Assembly: GCA_913052575.1 (NCBI GenBank)
Contig: CAJXFK010000001.1
Location: 6,779-70,778, forward strand
Source: an uncultured Planctomycetaceae bacterium
Lineage (GTDB): Bacteria > Planctomycetota > Planctomycetia > Pirellulales > UBA1268
DNA: 64,000 nt
Direction: 5' to 3'
Every line of letters begins with the position of its first letter. Within the stretch, counting starts at the first letter, position 1. The position numbers and the translations under genes are program-made. Of the stretch, positions 10,264 through 19,412 are shown piece after piece. A model generated the notes under the pieces. That model worked only from the letters and a program-made list of their open reading frames with translations. It searched no databases and was not told where the DNA came from.

Positions 10264-12561
10264 ATGAAAGAAAATATTCGGTCGGCCACACTGAAGAACG
10301 ATAACGTGAGTAATGTCTGGGATGATGTACTCGCTGGTGTTGTAGTTTTTCTCGTCGCACTGCCCCTTTGTATTGGCATAGCACTTGCGTCAAACGCTCC
10401 TCCACTTGCTGGGGTTGTAGCTGGTATTGTTGCTGGTCTCATCGTTGGCCCTCTGAGCGGCGCACAAGTCACGATCTCTGGGCCAGCTGCTGGTCTTACC
10501 GCAGTTGTTGCAGCAGAGATTTCAGCAATTGGTTCATTCGAAGGATTGTTGGTTGCGGTAGCTCTTGCTGGAGTGATACAGATTGCGCTAGGGATTCTAA
10601 GGGGAGGGTTTATCAAATCATTTGTTCCAGCAAGTGTGGTTCGTGGATTACTCTCTGCAATTGGAGTCATACTGATTCTGAAACAGATTCCTCACCTGTT
10701 CGGTCATGATACAGACCCTGAGGGTGAGATGTCTTTCTTTCAGCCAGACCGACAAAACACATTTTCAGAACTCTTGGAAATTCTCGGTGACCTGCACCCA
10801 GGTTCTATTGTTGTTGGCTTTGCATCCTTGGCCATTATTTACTTGTGGGGCAGAATCGCTTTTCTGAAAAGAACAAGTGTGCCTGCACCACTTGTCGTCG
10901 TTCTTTTTGGTGTCGTATGTAGCCTTTGTTTTGACCGCATTGGGGGAACTTGGATTATAGGTACGACTCATAAAGTGAATGTGCCTGTTCCCGAGACAAT
11001 ACGCGGTTTTTTTGGCTTACTACAGAATCCAGATTTCAGTCAGCTTATGAATCCGGCAGTTTCCTCTGCAGCGTTTGCGATTGCCATTGTTGGATCATTA
11101 CAGGCACTGCTGACGTTAGAGGCAGTTGACCGGCTTGATCGAGAGAAGCGAAGTACATCGCCGAATCGAGAACTTGTGGCTCAAGGCATTGGAAACATTG
11201 TTTCAGGGATGGCGGGCGGACTCCCTATGACCTGTGAAATTGTTCGATCAAGCGTGAATATCGACGCGGGAGCTCGGACAAAAAAGTCAGCAATATTACA
11301 CGGAGCGCTTCTTGCGATATCAGTTGTGCTGCTCCCTCGCGCTATTAATCTCATACCGTTATCTGCACTCGCAGCGATTCTCATAGCCACAGGTCTCAAG
11401 TTAGCGAGTCCGCAGGTTGTAGCAGAACTTTGGCGAGCTGGTAGGTATCAATTTATTCCATGGTTCGTGACTCTGCTGGCAATAGTTTTAACCGACCCAC
11501 TCATTGGAATCCTCATCGGACTTGCTGTAAGTATCATATTTATTCTTTGGAGTAATCTTCGAAGGCCAATGCGATTGGTAGTGGATCAATATCTTGGGGA
11601 AGACGTCACAAGAATTGAGCTGGCAAGTCAGGTTAGTTTTCTCAACAGAGCAGCATTGCGAAAGACTTTCGATAATATCGAGCCAGGCAAGCATCTTTTA
11701 GTCGATGCACACGATACTGTTTACATTGATCCAGATATCTTGTCTTTGATCAAAGAATATCGTGATGTTATTGGACCTGCTCGTGGAGTTGTCGTCAGTA
11801 CAAGAGGTTTTCGAGATAAGTACGCTATCGAAGATCGGATCGCGTTCGTTGACTTTTCAAGTAAAGAATTACAAGAGAGAATAAAGCCAGAGGAAGCTTT
11901 GAAATACCTTCTCGCTGGCAATCAGCGATTTCGAAATGAACGGCGTCTTAAGCGAGACTTTAGTAGGCAGGTAGTAGCTACTGCGTCAAGCCAGCATCCA
12001 ATGGCAGTAGTACTAAGTGATATTGATTCACGAATTCCCGCGGAAATTATCTTTGATCTTGGCCTCGGTGATATTGTTAGCGTGCGTGTTGCGGGAAATA
12101 TCGTAACGCCGGAAGTTCTCGGCAGCATTGAGTTCGGTTGCGTTGGTGCTGGTTCAAAATTAATTGCTGTCGTTGGCCATAACCGCTGTGTTGCGGTTGA
12201 GTCAGCTATTGATTTCATGCAGGAAAAGCAGGCCCCTGATCTCGACAAGTGCGAATATGTCAAGTCGATCATTAAAAGTCTCGAGTCAGTCGTTCGTGAG
12301 AATAGGAGCAAGAGCCTGCAATCAGTTAACAATAGGGGCAGCGAATCTGTAGTTGAGGCAGATATAGTTGTCAGGCAGAACGTTCAGCGATCTGTGAATG
12401 AAATAGTGCAGAAGAGCGAGGCAATTCGGAATCTCATTGACGCCGGTCACGTAGGTATTATTGGAATGGTCTACGATGTCTCGACTGGTGTTTGTCATGT
12501 GATGAAGGAGACGGCCCATGGCCTTGGGGCGATCCAATCAAATGATACGCAAAGCCAATAA
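10264..12561 (+). CDS. SulP-family anion transporter fused to a STAS domain and a C-terminal beta-carbonic-anhydrase-like domain
   Basis: The ORF opens at GTG 10237; ATG 10264 gives MKENIRS. It has a TM-rich SulP core, a STAS-like segment (VTRIELASQVSFLNRAALRKTFD...) and a C-terminal beta-CA fold. The CA domain aligns residue-for-residue with the CA at 23522-24229 (LLAGNQRF...SDIDSR...VRVAGN...GHNRCVA). Confidence 0.85.
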   Translation: MKENIRSATLKNDNVSNVWDDVLAGVVVFLVALPLCIGIALASNAPPLAGVVAGIVAGLIVGPLSGAQVTISGPAAGLTAVVAAEISAIGSFEGLLVAVALAGVIQIALGILRGGFIKSFVPASVVRGLLSAIGVILILKQIPHLFGHDTDPEGEMSFFQPDRQNTFSELLEILGDLHPGSIVVGFASLAIIYLWGRIAFLKRTSVPAPLVVVLFGVVCSLCFDRIGGTWIIGTTHKVNVPVPETIRGFFGLLQNPDFSQLMNPAVSSAAFAIAIVGSLQALLTLEAVDRLDREKRSTSPNRELVAQGIGNIVSGMAGGLPMTCEIVRSSVNIDAGARTKKSAILHGALLAISVVLLPRAINLIPLSALAAILIATGLKLASPQVVAELWRAGRYQFIPWFVTLLAIVLTDPLIGILIGLAVSIIFILWSNLRRPMRLVVDQYLGEDVTRIELASQVSFLNRAALRKTFDNIEPGKHLLVDAHDTVYIDPDILSLIKEYRDVIGPARGVVVSTRGFRDKYAIEDRIAFVDFSSKELQERIKPEEALKYLLAGNQRFRNERRLKRDFSRQVVATASSQHPMAVVLSDIDSRIPAEIIFDLGLGDIVSVRVAGNIVTPEVLGSIEFGCVGAGSKLIAVVGHNRCVAVESAIDFMQEKQAPDLDKCEYVKSIIKSLESVVRENRSKSLQSVNNRGSESVVEADIVVRQNVQRSVNEIVQKSEAIRNLIDAGHVGIIGMVYDVSTGVCHVMKETAHGLGAIQSNDTQSQ

Positions 12562-12584
12562 ACAATGAGTGGATTCGATACGTA

Positions 12585-13538
12585 TCAATGAGTGATTGTG
12601 GAGTGAATGAAAGTCTCAGTGACTTCCATTGTTGGAGTAAACCAAGGTTCCCAGTTCCACTCACTATGGATTCCACCAGTGAGGTTGAAAATCTCATTCT
12701 GGATTCCCAGTTTATCTAATTTCGAACGTATGATGTTGTGTGCTGATGGGTTGCCTTCGGTAATGAAAAGCATTGGGGGCTCATTTCCAGATACCCAATG
12801 AGCTGGTGATGCCTTCTCGTAGATAGCTGGAATGTTTTCTGGGAGATCGCCCAGAAATAACTGATAGTTTGACTCCGGCTTCCTTGCTTCGAGAAAAGCT
12901 CGTTCATCATTTGTTATTGATGGGCCAGCAACAACGATGCATGCAGCTACAGAATTTGATTGTTTCTGAAATTCTGAGATATCAAGTCCTGCCTCAGGCC
13001 CAGCAGTTGCGGCTAGCGCAACCAGATGAGCACCAGCTGAAAACCCCATCAAGATAATACGATCAGGTTGCCCTCCCCATTCTAAAGCATGTTCTCGTGT
13101 CCAATAGATGGCGTCTTTAAGGTCGTGTATTGCCGCTGGAAACAAGGCCTCTCCTGACAATCGATATTCAGGGCAGACTACTATGAAACCTCGATTGCTG
13201 AACCATTTCGCCTTCGTGTGCTCGTTTGACCTATCACCTTTTTTCCATCCACCGCCGTGTACGAGTATTACAACAGCTTTGAATGAGTTCACGTTGTTTG
13301 GAACAAAGGTGTCAATATGAAGTGGACGATCTTTCCGTCGAGCGTAGACAAGATTATTTGTTTGTTGGACATCTTGAGACAGTTCAATTTTCTTGTGTGT
13401 AATACTCAGGCCTCGGTCTGCGTAATACAAACGCAGCTCTTGAAAGTTTTTTGGTCGTGGGCCCCTATCAAATTGGGGCATTTCAGCATGAATGAATGAA
13501 TGAATTAGGCTGAAACAGACAAAGAACATACGGTTCAT
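12585..13538 (-). CDS. Secreted alpha/beta-hydrolase (esterase/lipase-type)
   Basis: 317-aa ORF with a signal-like N-terminus, oxyanion motif HGGGW and nucleophile elbow GFSAGAHL. Its start lies 3 nt downstream of the stop codon of the sulfatase at 13542. Confidence 0.75.
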   Translation of the reverse strand: MNRMFFVCFSLIHSFIHAEMPQFDRGPRPKNFQELRLYYADRGLSITHKKIELSQDVQQTNNLVYARRKDRPLHIDTFVPNNVNSFKAVVILVHGGGWKKGDRSNEHTKAKWFSNRGFIVVCPEYRLSGEALFPAAIHDLKDAIYWTREHALEWGGQPDRIILMGFSAGAHLVALAATAGPEAGLDISEFQKQSNSVAACIVVAGPSITNDERAFLEARKPESNYQLFLGDLPENIPAIYEKASPAHWVSGNEPPMLFITEGNPSAHNIIRSKLDKLGIQNEIFNLTGGIHSEWNWEPWFTPTMEVTETFIHSTITH

Positions 13539-13541
13539 TAA

Positions 13542-15005
13542 TTAGGGCCCCTTACGAAAAAATAAAGTCGTGGCAGTCTTGTAATGCGGACGATCGATAG
13601 CGTGTTGCTGCCACTCAAGCACAAGATTGTCGTAGTCCTCTTCAAGTTCGAGCCGTATATCTTTTACCGCCGAGTCATTGATTCTGTTATGAAGTTCAAG
13701 AGGGTCTTCTTGAAGGTTGTAGATTTCAGCAGTAGGTTTCATGCCGTCGCCGGTGTATGGCCAGTAGATATATTTCCATTGGTTTTTTACAAATCCAAGA
13801 CTGAATGCCTGCTCCGGCCCCCACACATTGATAAGTGGGATAATACGGTCTCCTTGAGTGCGACTGGTATCATAATGCTTCAGTAAACTTTTTCCTTTTT
13901 TGTGAGTTGGCTTTCCTAGAGCCGCATCAAGAATCGTTGCTGCAATGTCTATGTTGGCAGTTACAGAATGACATCGATCAGATTTTTTGAGCGATCGTGG
14001 GTCATAGATAATAAGCGGTACACGAGAGCTTTCTTCATAGGGAAGTACCTTTGAACCGTACCCATGTGCTCCGCAGAAATATCCATTGTCAGATGTGAAT
14101 ATGATGAGAGTCTTGTGATGTATACCGGAGTCTTTCACGGCGTCACGAATCATTCCAACGGCAACGTCTACAGCGTAAATAAGCTGGTAATATTTAGCCA
14201 TCACGTCATCGTACGAGTCGTTGTAGTGCCAGTCATCAAACCTTTGATACTGTCGTCCGCGTCTCGATTGCTCTGAGAAATGCTCTCCAAATTTACGCCC
14301 AAAATTTGCTGGTTTTGGAAAAGTTTTTCCAGCATATATTTCATCATAAAGTGGGTCAGGTTGTACCGGCCGATGGGGTGCTTTAAAGCTGATTGATAAA
14401 CAAAATGGTTTGCCATGTTTGGCAGATTCCTTAATAAAGTCTCTCCCAAATGCTCCGTAGGAGCGAGTTGCATGAGGGTATTCTTGCGCATAGCGTTTCA
14501 TCGATTTATTTCGTGCCGTGATGAACGATGTCTGTCCACCGCCACCTCCCCAGGTATCAAAGTCGTCTTCAGGGTAGCGACCACTCTTCGATCCATCCGC
14601 AATCGTGAATCCAAATTTCCCAGCAAATGCAGTTTGGTAACCAGCGTTTTGAAGAAGCATTGGATAGCTTTGGCTCCAGTCATCATTTCTCATTTGTCCA
14701 TCACCATCCATGCCAGTTCCAAAATTAACCCCATGCTGGTATTCCAAAAGACCCGTCATGACGGTGGCTCTAGACGCCATACAAATAGCTGTTGTGTCAT
14801 AATGTCGGTCAAAGACGATACCGTCATTGGCGAGGCCATCAATATTAGGCGTGGTGACGCCAGGTGCTCCGTAGCAGCCTAATGATCGTATGTTCTGGTC
14901 ATCAGTCATGAGGAAGATGATGTTAGGACGATCATCAGCACACAGATGATTCATGCTCAAGAAAGTAACAAGAAAAAAAAATGCTCTCATGAATGTATTT
15001 CCCAT
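13542..15005 (-). CDS. Sulfatase (Cys-type, variant C-x-A-x-R motif)
   Basis: Signal peptide MGNTFMRAFFFLVTFLSMNHLCA from ATG 15005, then the sulfatase N-terminus PNIIFLMTDDQ and the FGly motif CMASRATVMTG (14783..14769). The longer ORF reaching 15215 would overlap the divergent cupin gene. Confidence 0.85.
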   Translation of the reverse strand: MGNTFMRAFFFLVTFLSMNHLCADDRPNIIFLMTDDQNIRSLGCYGAPGVTTPNIDGLANDGIVFDRHYDTTAICMASRATVMTGLLEYQHGVNFGTGMDGDGQMRNDDWSQSYPMLLQNAGYQTAFAGKFGFTIADGSKSGRYPEDDFDTWGGGGGQTSFITARNKSMKRYAQEYPHATRSYGAFGRDFIKESAKHGKPFCLSISFKAPHRPVQPDPLYDEIYAGKTFPKPANFGRKFGEHFSEQSRRGRQYQRFDDWHYNDSYDDVMAKYYQLIYAVDVAVGMIRDAVKDSGIHHKTLIIFTSDNGYFCGAHGYGSKVLPYEESSRVPLIIYDPRSLKKSDRCHSVTANIDIAATILDAALGKPTHKKGKSLLKHYDTSRTQGDRIIPLINVWGPEQAFSLGFVKNQWKYIYWPYTGDGMKPTAEIYNLQEDPLELHNRINDSAVKDIRLELEEDYDNLVLEWQQHAIDRPHYKTATTLFFRKGP

Positions 15006-15062
15006 GCTGGTGATAGGCGCACTACTTTTACGTAATACCCTAACAGGTTCGGAGGCAAGAAA

Positions 15063-15611
15063 GTGCATGTAGGTTTGCCGCAAACAATAGACAGTGGTCA
15101 CGGTGAAATTATTCGCTTCAAAGAATGCATCCACGAACCCGGAGGCACTCGTCTCGTATTTGAGGGAATAGTTCAGCCAGGTTGTGGGCCAATTTTTCAC
15201 GTACATCTTTGCCAATCAGAAGGGTTTGAGGTAAGGCAAGGCACCATGGCCTATCAGTTGCCTGGTCTTCCGGTGCAATATCTTGCGGCTGAGGAAAAGA
15301 TTGTTTTTGAGCAAACTGTCCCGCATAAATTTTGGAATGCTGGTGGCACTGAGCTCATTATGAATTCTTGGGCAAAACCTGCTGGTAATTTGCAGCGGTA
15401 TATGACAATCCTTTTTTTATCAACATCGAAGCGTCATTCGAATACCCCGGCGTTGTTTGATGCGGCCTATCTCACAATTCAATACAAGGGCGAGTTCGAT
15501 GTTCTTGAAATTCCACATCTCGTAAAATCCCTAATTTTTCCAGCAGTCTATTGGATCGGTCGAGCATTTGGGATCTATAAAAAGTATGAGGTTGAGACGT
15601 CAAGCAGATGA
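15063..15611 (+). CDS. Cupin-domain metalloprotein
   Basis: 182-aa ORF (GTG start). Cupin motif 1 HVHLCQSEGFEVRQG (HxH-x4-E-x6-G) and motif 2 PHKFWN. Confidence 0.6.
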   Translation: MHVGLPQTIDSGHGEIIRFKECIHEPGGTRLVFEGIVQPGCGPIFHVHLCQSEGFEVRQGTMAYQLPGLPVQYLAAEEKIVFEQTVPHKFWNAGGTELIMNSWAKPAGNLQRYMTILFLSTSKRHSNTPALFDAAYLTIQYKGEFDVLEIPHLVKSLIFPAVYWIGRAFGIYKKYEVETSSR

Positions 15612-15842
15612 TTGCGTACGAACGCGCCGTAAACATTGCGTTCGAGGATGACGCTGACGGATAGAGGTACGCAAAGTACGCTAGAAGATTGAAAAAATTG
15701 TTTTGTCATGGTGAATAAATTATGTGCTGTAAGGCTATCTATTGCTTCGCGACTGTGTAAGGTATTTAGTCTGATCAGTATTATTCAGGGGAACGGTTGC
15801 TGTCCGTACATAGAGAATTTTTGGCATTGAGGATTTTTTGGC

Positions 15843-16829
15843 ATGTCATATCGACTTTTTTTTTGCTGTCTGTTTGTGTCTTGTTGTTTCCAGCTACGTG
15901 CAGAGAATGTAGATAAATCAGGTCCTCCGGGGTCAACTTTTGTATTCGGAGATGAATTCAATGCCGAGGTGCTCGATGCGTCGATATGGGGCCTCGGGAT
16001 TAATGAAAAAAATGTACAGAACACGTCAGTGGACTGTACATATTTAAAGAAAAACATTTCGTTCCGTAATGGTTTCCTCGTTTTTACTCAGCGAAGAGAA
16101 AATCCACCTGTCATTGGAAAGACATGGAGTGCTGAGAAAGCGTTTGAGTATTCTTCTGGAGGTATTCACACCCATGGTGAATTTGCACTAAAGAACAATA
16201 TGTATCTCGAGTTGAGATGTAAGCTTCCGAGTAACAATGGGGGGTATGGTGCATTTTGGACAATGTCTAACAAGGTTGGTGATTGGAAGCCCGAAGACCT
16301 CCTTGAAATCGATATGTTTGAATTTATTGGGAATCGTGAAAAAACTCGTTTTTGGAGTGGGCTGTGGTGGCATGACTTTCGAAAAAATGAAGTGCCCAAG
16401 ACATTAGATGTGCAACACGTTAAGGAGCGATCAGCAGACCATTTTTTTGTGAACGAACAGCGATTCAAGGCACACTTTGGTGAAGGCATCAAGGTTGATC
16501 ACTCACATATTGATTTTTACTCATTCATCACGTTTGGACTGCACGTAACAGACCGTGAGATGAAGTGGTATCTCGTCCAGGACGGTCCAGCCTGGAAGTC
16601 AGAACCGTATCTCGTCTTTCGAGGAGGCACGGTTCGCAACAGATCCTACGGCCAGGTGGCTGATCTTCAGTGGGAGCGAAATGTGCCAGAAAAAATGAAT
16701 GCACGCATCATTCTTAATTACGCCTTGAGAAATGCGGATTGGGCAGGTGGACCAACTGTAGAAAGTCAATTGCCTTCGGAAATGCTGGTAGATTACGTAC
16801 GAGTTTATAGAACAACTGTCGAGCAATAA
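15843..16829 (+). CDS. Glycoside hydrolase family 16
   Basis: 328-aa ORF with signal peptide MSYRLFFCCLFVSCCFQLRA. GH16 catalytic motif LEIDMFEFIG (E-x-D-x-x-E). Confidence 0.8.
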   Translation: MSYRLFFCCLFVSCCFQLRAENVDKSGPPGSTFVFGDEFNAEVLDASIWGLGINEKNVQNTSVDCTYLKKNISFRNGFLVFTQRRENPPVIGKTWSAEKAFEYSSGGIHTHGEFALKNNMYLELRCKLPSNNGGYGAFWTMSNKVGDWKPEDLLEIDMFEFIGNREKTRFWSGLWWHDFRKNEVPKTLDVQHVKERSADHFFVNEQRFKAHFGEGIKVDHSHIDFYSFITFGLHVTDREMKWYLVQDGPAWKSEPYLVFRGGTVRNRSYGQVADLQWERNVPEKMNARIILNYALRNADWAGGPTVESQLPSEMLVDYVRVYRTTVEQ

Positions 16830-16881
16830 GAGACGAGACGTTGTCAGATGCCCACTCAAAAGCAGTTTTGAAAAAATGAAA

Positions 16882-16915
16882 CGGCTTGACGGTGTTTTTG
16901 ACCACCGTCAAGCCG
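16882..16915. other. Perfect 13-bp stem-loop downstream of the GH16 gene
   Basis: CGGCTTGACGGTG (16882-16894) pairs with CACCGTCAAGCCG (16903-16915); 8-nt loop. It is A-rich 5' on the plus strand, so the U-rich tract (TTTCATTTTTTC) follows the hairpin only on the minus strand. Confidence 0.4.
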
Positions 16916-17136
16916 AACCAGGGGCACCTTTGATCAACAACAAGTTGCTCAGAGGTTATGACAACTAGTACGTTTGCCTGTTGAACAAGTTCAGTCACGT
17001 CGGTTTCTATCCAAAATGCGAAATTCTAAAACCGCCATTTTCCCAGTGAAAAAAATGATCCAGAATGTAATTGTCCAAAAAGCGTTTCTATTAAAATTCC
17101 AATCGTAATAGTACATTTCTCCAGGCATCGACCGGC

Positions 17137-18102
17137 ATGAAACCTCTTCTCTCGAATTACCCTTTTGTTGATACAAAAGATATTTATGATGCACGAAAAA
17201 AAAATGCATCTGTTTGGGGTCCGTTTAAAAGTAAAGTTCACGGTAAGAAAAAATATCACCTCGTGCATAACCGCTGCGAGTTGCAACAGTCATCGCTGGA
17301 CTATCTTGCATGCACAGCAGGAGTGCACGCAGAGTCCAGTACTCCTCAAGAGAGATATTTTCTAGTTCTTCCGTTGAATGGGCATCTTGAAGTTGAAGTA
17401 AATGGTAAGGGGTTCATTGCAGATGCAACGAAAGCAGTGGTTCAGGTTCCGTGGGAGCATTACAAGTGGCGTTCAGTTCCTATGCAGGCAATTTTCTATG
17501 GCCTTGATATGGCTCTTGTAAACAAGTCACTCCCTGACGGTTTCCGGGGGCGTTGTGGCTATACGCTGGAAGGTTCTTATAGGAATGTTCTGAAACAGAC
17601 GCTCGTTGGTTTTGCTGAATCATTAGATGATTGGGCATCGGGAACAGTTGGTGCCAAGCGGCTGCCGAATTTTTTCAAGCATATGGAGGCGGCTGTGGCC
17701 GCATGCATTGCCGATGGGATTCGAGAGTGGGGAGCAGGAGGTTTTGAAGCTGGCCGGATCGGTCATATGCCACTCATGACCATTCGCACCTTTATGAGTG
17801 ACAATCTAGAAACAGAAATCACTGTGGGTGACATTGCAGACTCGGTAGGAGTGAGCATCCGAACCCTCCAGAAGGGTTTTGTTGACCACTACTTTATGAG
17901 CCCAAAGCAGATGCTCAAAATAATGCGGCTAGATAAGGCTAGGGAACTACTTAAAGCCAGGAGAAGTCACGTGCATTCTGTGAATGGGGCGTGTAAGGCT
18001 GTTGGCTATGGGCATGCTGGCCGATTCTCGAAAGAGTATGCCGATCGTTTCGGAGAGACTCCGTCAGAGACATTGAAGCTGACAAAAGCATTGTCGCGTT
18101 GA
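17137..18102 (+). CDS. AraC-family transcriptional regulator
   Basis: 321-aa ORF. C-terminal AraC-type double HTH (ITVGDIADSVGVSIRTLQKGF ... ACKAVGYGHAGRFSKEYADRFGETPSETL). Confidence 0.85.
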   Translation: MKPLLSNYPFVDTKDIYDARKKNASVWGPFKSKVHGKKKYHLVHNRCELQQSSLDYLACTAGVHAESSTPQERYFLVLPLNGHLEVEVNGKGFIADATKAVVQVPWEHYKWRSVPMQAIFYGLDMALVNKSLPDGFRGRCGYTLEGSYRNVLKQTLVGFAESLDDWASGTVGAKRLPNFFKHMEAAVAACIADGIREWGAGGFEAGRIGHMPLMTIRTFMSDNLETEITVGDIADSVGVSIRTLQKGFVDHYFMSPKQMLKIMRLDKARELLKARRSHVHSVNGACKAVGYGHAGRFSKEYADRFGETPSETLKLTKALSR

Positions 18103-18158
18103 GCAGAATGTTTCTGGGAACTATCCAAAACCCATTCTTTTCTACGGCCACATGATTT

Positions 18159-19412
18159 TTATTTCCATGTATAGGCGGCAAGGCCATCGAGTCGGCGAAT
18201 GAATATCTGGTTGCCGCTTACAGCAAGATATCCCCAGGTATCGTTTTTTGCGACACGTCGTTTATCGAGCAACTGAAATTCATCAGGGTTTGCGCTGATA
18301 AGAAGTAATTCACCACCTTCATCAAGTGCAAGTATCTTGTCACCGAGGACTGCCATGCTCTGATACTTGCCATACGGTGTTGTTCGCCAACATTCCTCAC
18401 CGGTTTCTAAACGAATGCATGCAATTCGTTGATTCCGCAAATGCAGGTAAATATGCCCATCAACAATAACTGGTGAGGACATGTAGGCCTGTGATTTTCC
18501 TGACCAAATTTCCTCAAGCGACTTACTTTTATTGGTATGTTTCCAGAGTTGTGAGTGGCCAGAATGCGCACTTGTAAAAATCATTTCATTATGAACCGTC
18601 GGTGTCAGTATATTCATGCCACGAAACGCCTCTATGTCCTGTGACCAGAGTTCATTGCCCGACACAGGATCAATTCCTTTAAGAGATTCTCTGGTCTGTA
18701 CCAGGGCCAGTTCTTTATTTTGTAATGTTGTAATAAAAGGAGAGCTGAAAGCACTTCCAAACATACCGCCTCCATCAGTTGCAGTTCTCCAGATAGTTTC
18801 CCCGGTTTTTTTATTGAGTTTCAGAAAGCCACCCCCTGCTTGTACGAAGACTGCATCACCTTGTACTAAGGGTGAGGACGCGAAACCAAAAGCGGGTAAT
18901 GGCGAATCAAAGCGTTTCGTGAAATCCACACACCATGTTTCTTCGCCAGTTTCACAATCGATCGCATGAAGCACATCGCGCATGCCAGCGACATAAAGAA
19001 TCTCGCCGTCACATGCTGGCGTTGCTCGAATCCAGCTTCCGTTTGAAGCTGCGAAAAATGGTACAGACATCGACCCTTCCCATTCAGTTGTCCAGAGTTG
19101 ATCGCCAGTTGTTCGATCATACGCGTAGACAACTTCGTTTGTCTTCTCCTGAGTTGCGGTTGTAAAAACGCGGTCACCAACAACGATAGGGCCGGAGTAA
19201 CTGGGGCCATGCTCGACTTGCCAAGTTAGTTTGAGATGACTCTCGTTCAGAGAATCTGGCCATTGCCCACCAGTAACATGACCGTTGCGTGTTGGGCCTC
19301 GCCATTGTGGCCAGTCGGTTGGCAGCAGTTCTGCTGCAAAAGAAACAGTGCCAAAAAAGCTCAGAAGATAGCCGAGAAGGTTGAGGCCGCAGTATCTTGC
19401 AAAACGTTTCAT
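18159..19412 (-). CDS. PQQ-like beta-propeller repeat protein (secreted)
   Basis: Signal peptide from ATG 19412 (MKRFARYCGLNLLGYLLSFFGTVSFA). WPQWRGPTRNGH motif, then repeated propeller blades of the type ...G..LW.... Confidence 0.75.
   Translation of the reverse strand: MKRFARYCGLNLLGYLLSFFGTVSFAAELLPTDWPQWRGPTRNGHVTGGQWPDSLNESHLKLTWQVEHGPSYSGPIVVGDRVFTTATQEKTNEVVYAYDRTTGDQLWTTEWEGSMSVPFFAASNGSWIRATPACDGEILYVAGMRDVLHAIDCETGEETWCVDFTKRFDSPLPAFGFASSPLVQGDAVFVQAGGGFLKLNKKTGETIWRTATDGGGMFGSAFSSPFITTLQNKELALVQTRESLKGIDPVSGNELWSQDIEAFRGMNILTPTVHNEMIFTSAHSGHSQLWKHTNKSKSLEEIWSGKSQAYMSSPVIVDGHIYLHLRNQRIACIRLETGEECWRTTPYGKYQSMAVLGDKILALDEGGELLLISANPDEFQLLDKRRVAKNDTWGYLAVSGNQIFIRRLDGLAAYTWK

Noticed and set aside
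10179-10670. Long antisense or alternate-frame ORFs nested in real genes. Examples: 10179..10670 minus and 11922..12332 minus inside the SulP gene, 14415..14882 plus inside a sulfatase, 24724..25197 plus inside the esterase, 59518..59991 plus opposite the ferredoxin.
   Set aside because: Their translations are low-complexity or Arg/Ser/Thr/Pro-rich with no recognisable motifs. Each lies fully inside a gene with strong family signatures on the other strand or frame. These are typical shadow ORFs.
14973-14981. Homopolymer tracts as phase-variation switches: A9 at 14973-14981 (sulfatase) and T9 at 15856-15864 (GH16).
   Set aside because: Both simply encode Phe-rich signal peptides (AFFFLV, RLFFCC). 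There is no evidence of contingency-locus behaviour, and the tracts are short.
15006-15215. A 70-codon N-terminal extension of the sulfatase ORF (13542..15215).
   Set aside because: The extension would overlap the divergent cupin gene (from 15063). It also precedes a perfectly good signal peptide starting at ATG 15005, so the shorter model is preferred.
15817-15845. Two TGGCA/TGGGCA-containing near-repeats upstream of GH16 as a possible sigma-54 promoter.
   Set aside because: The copies differ (TTTTTGGCAT versus TTTTTGGGCAT). No TTGC -12 element lies at the required spacing, and the second copy overlaps the start codon.
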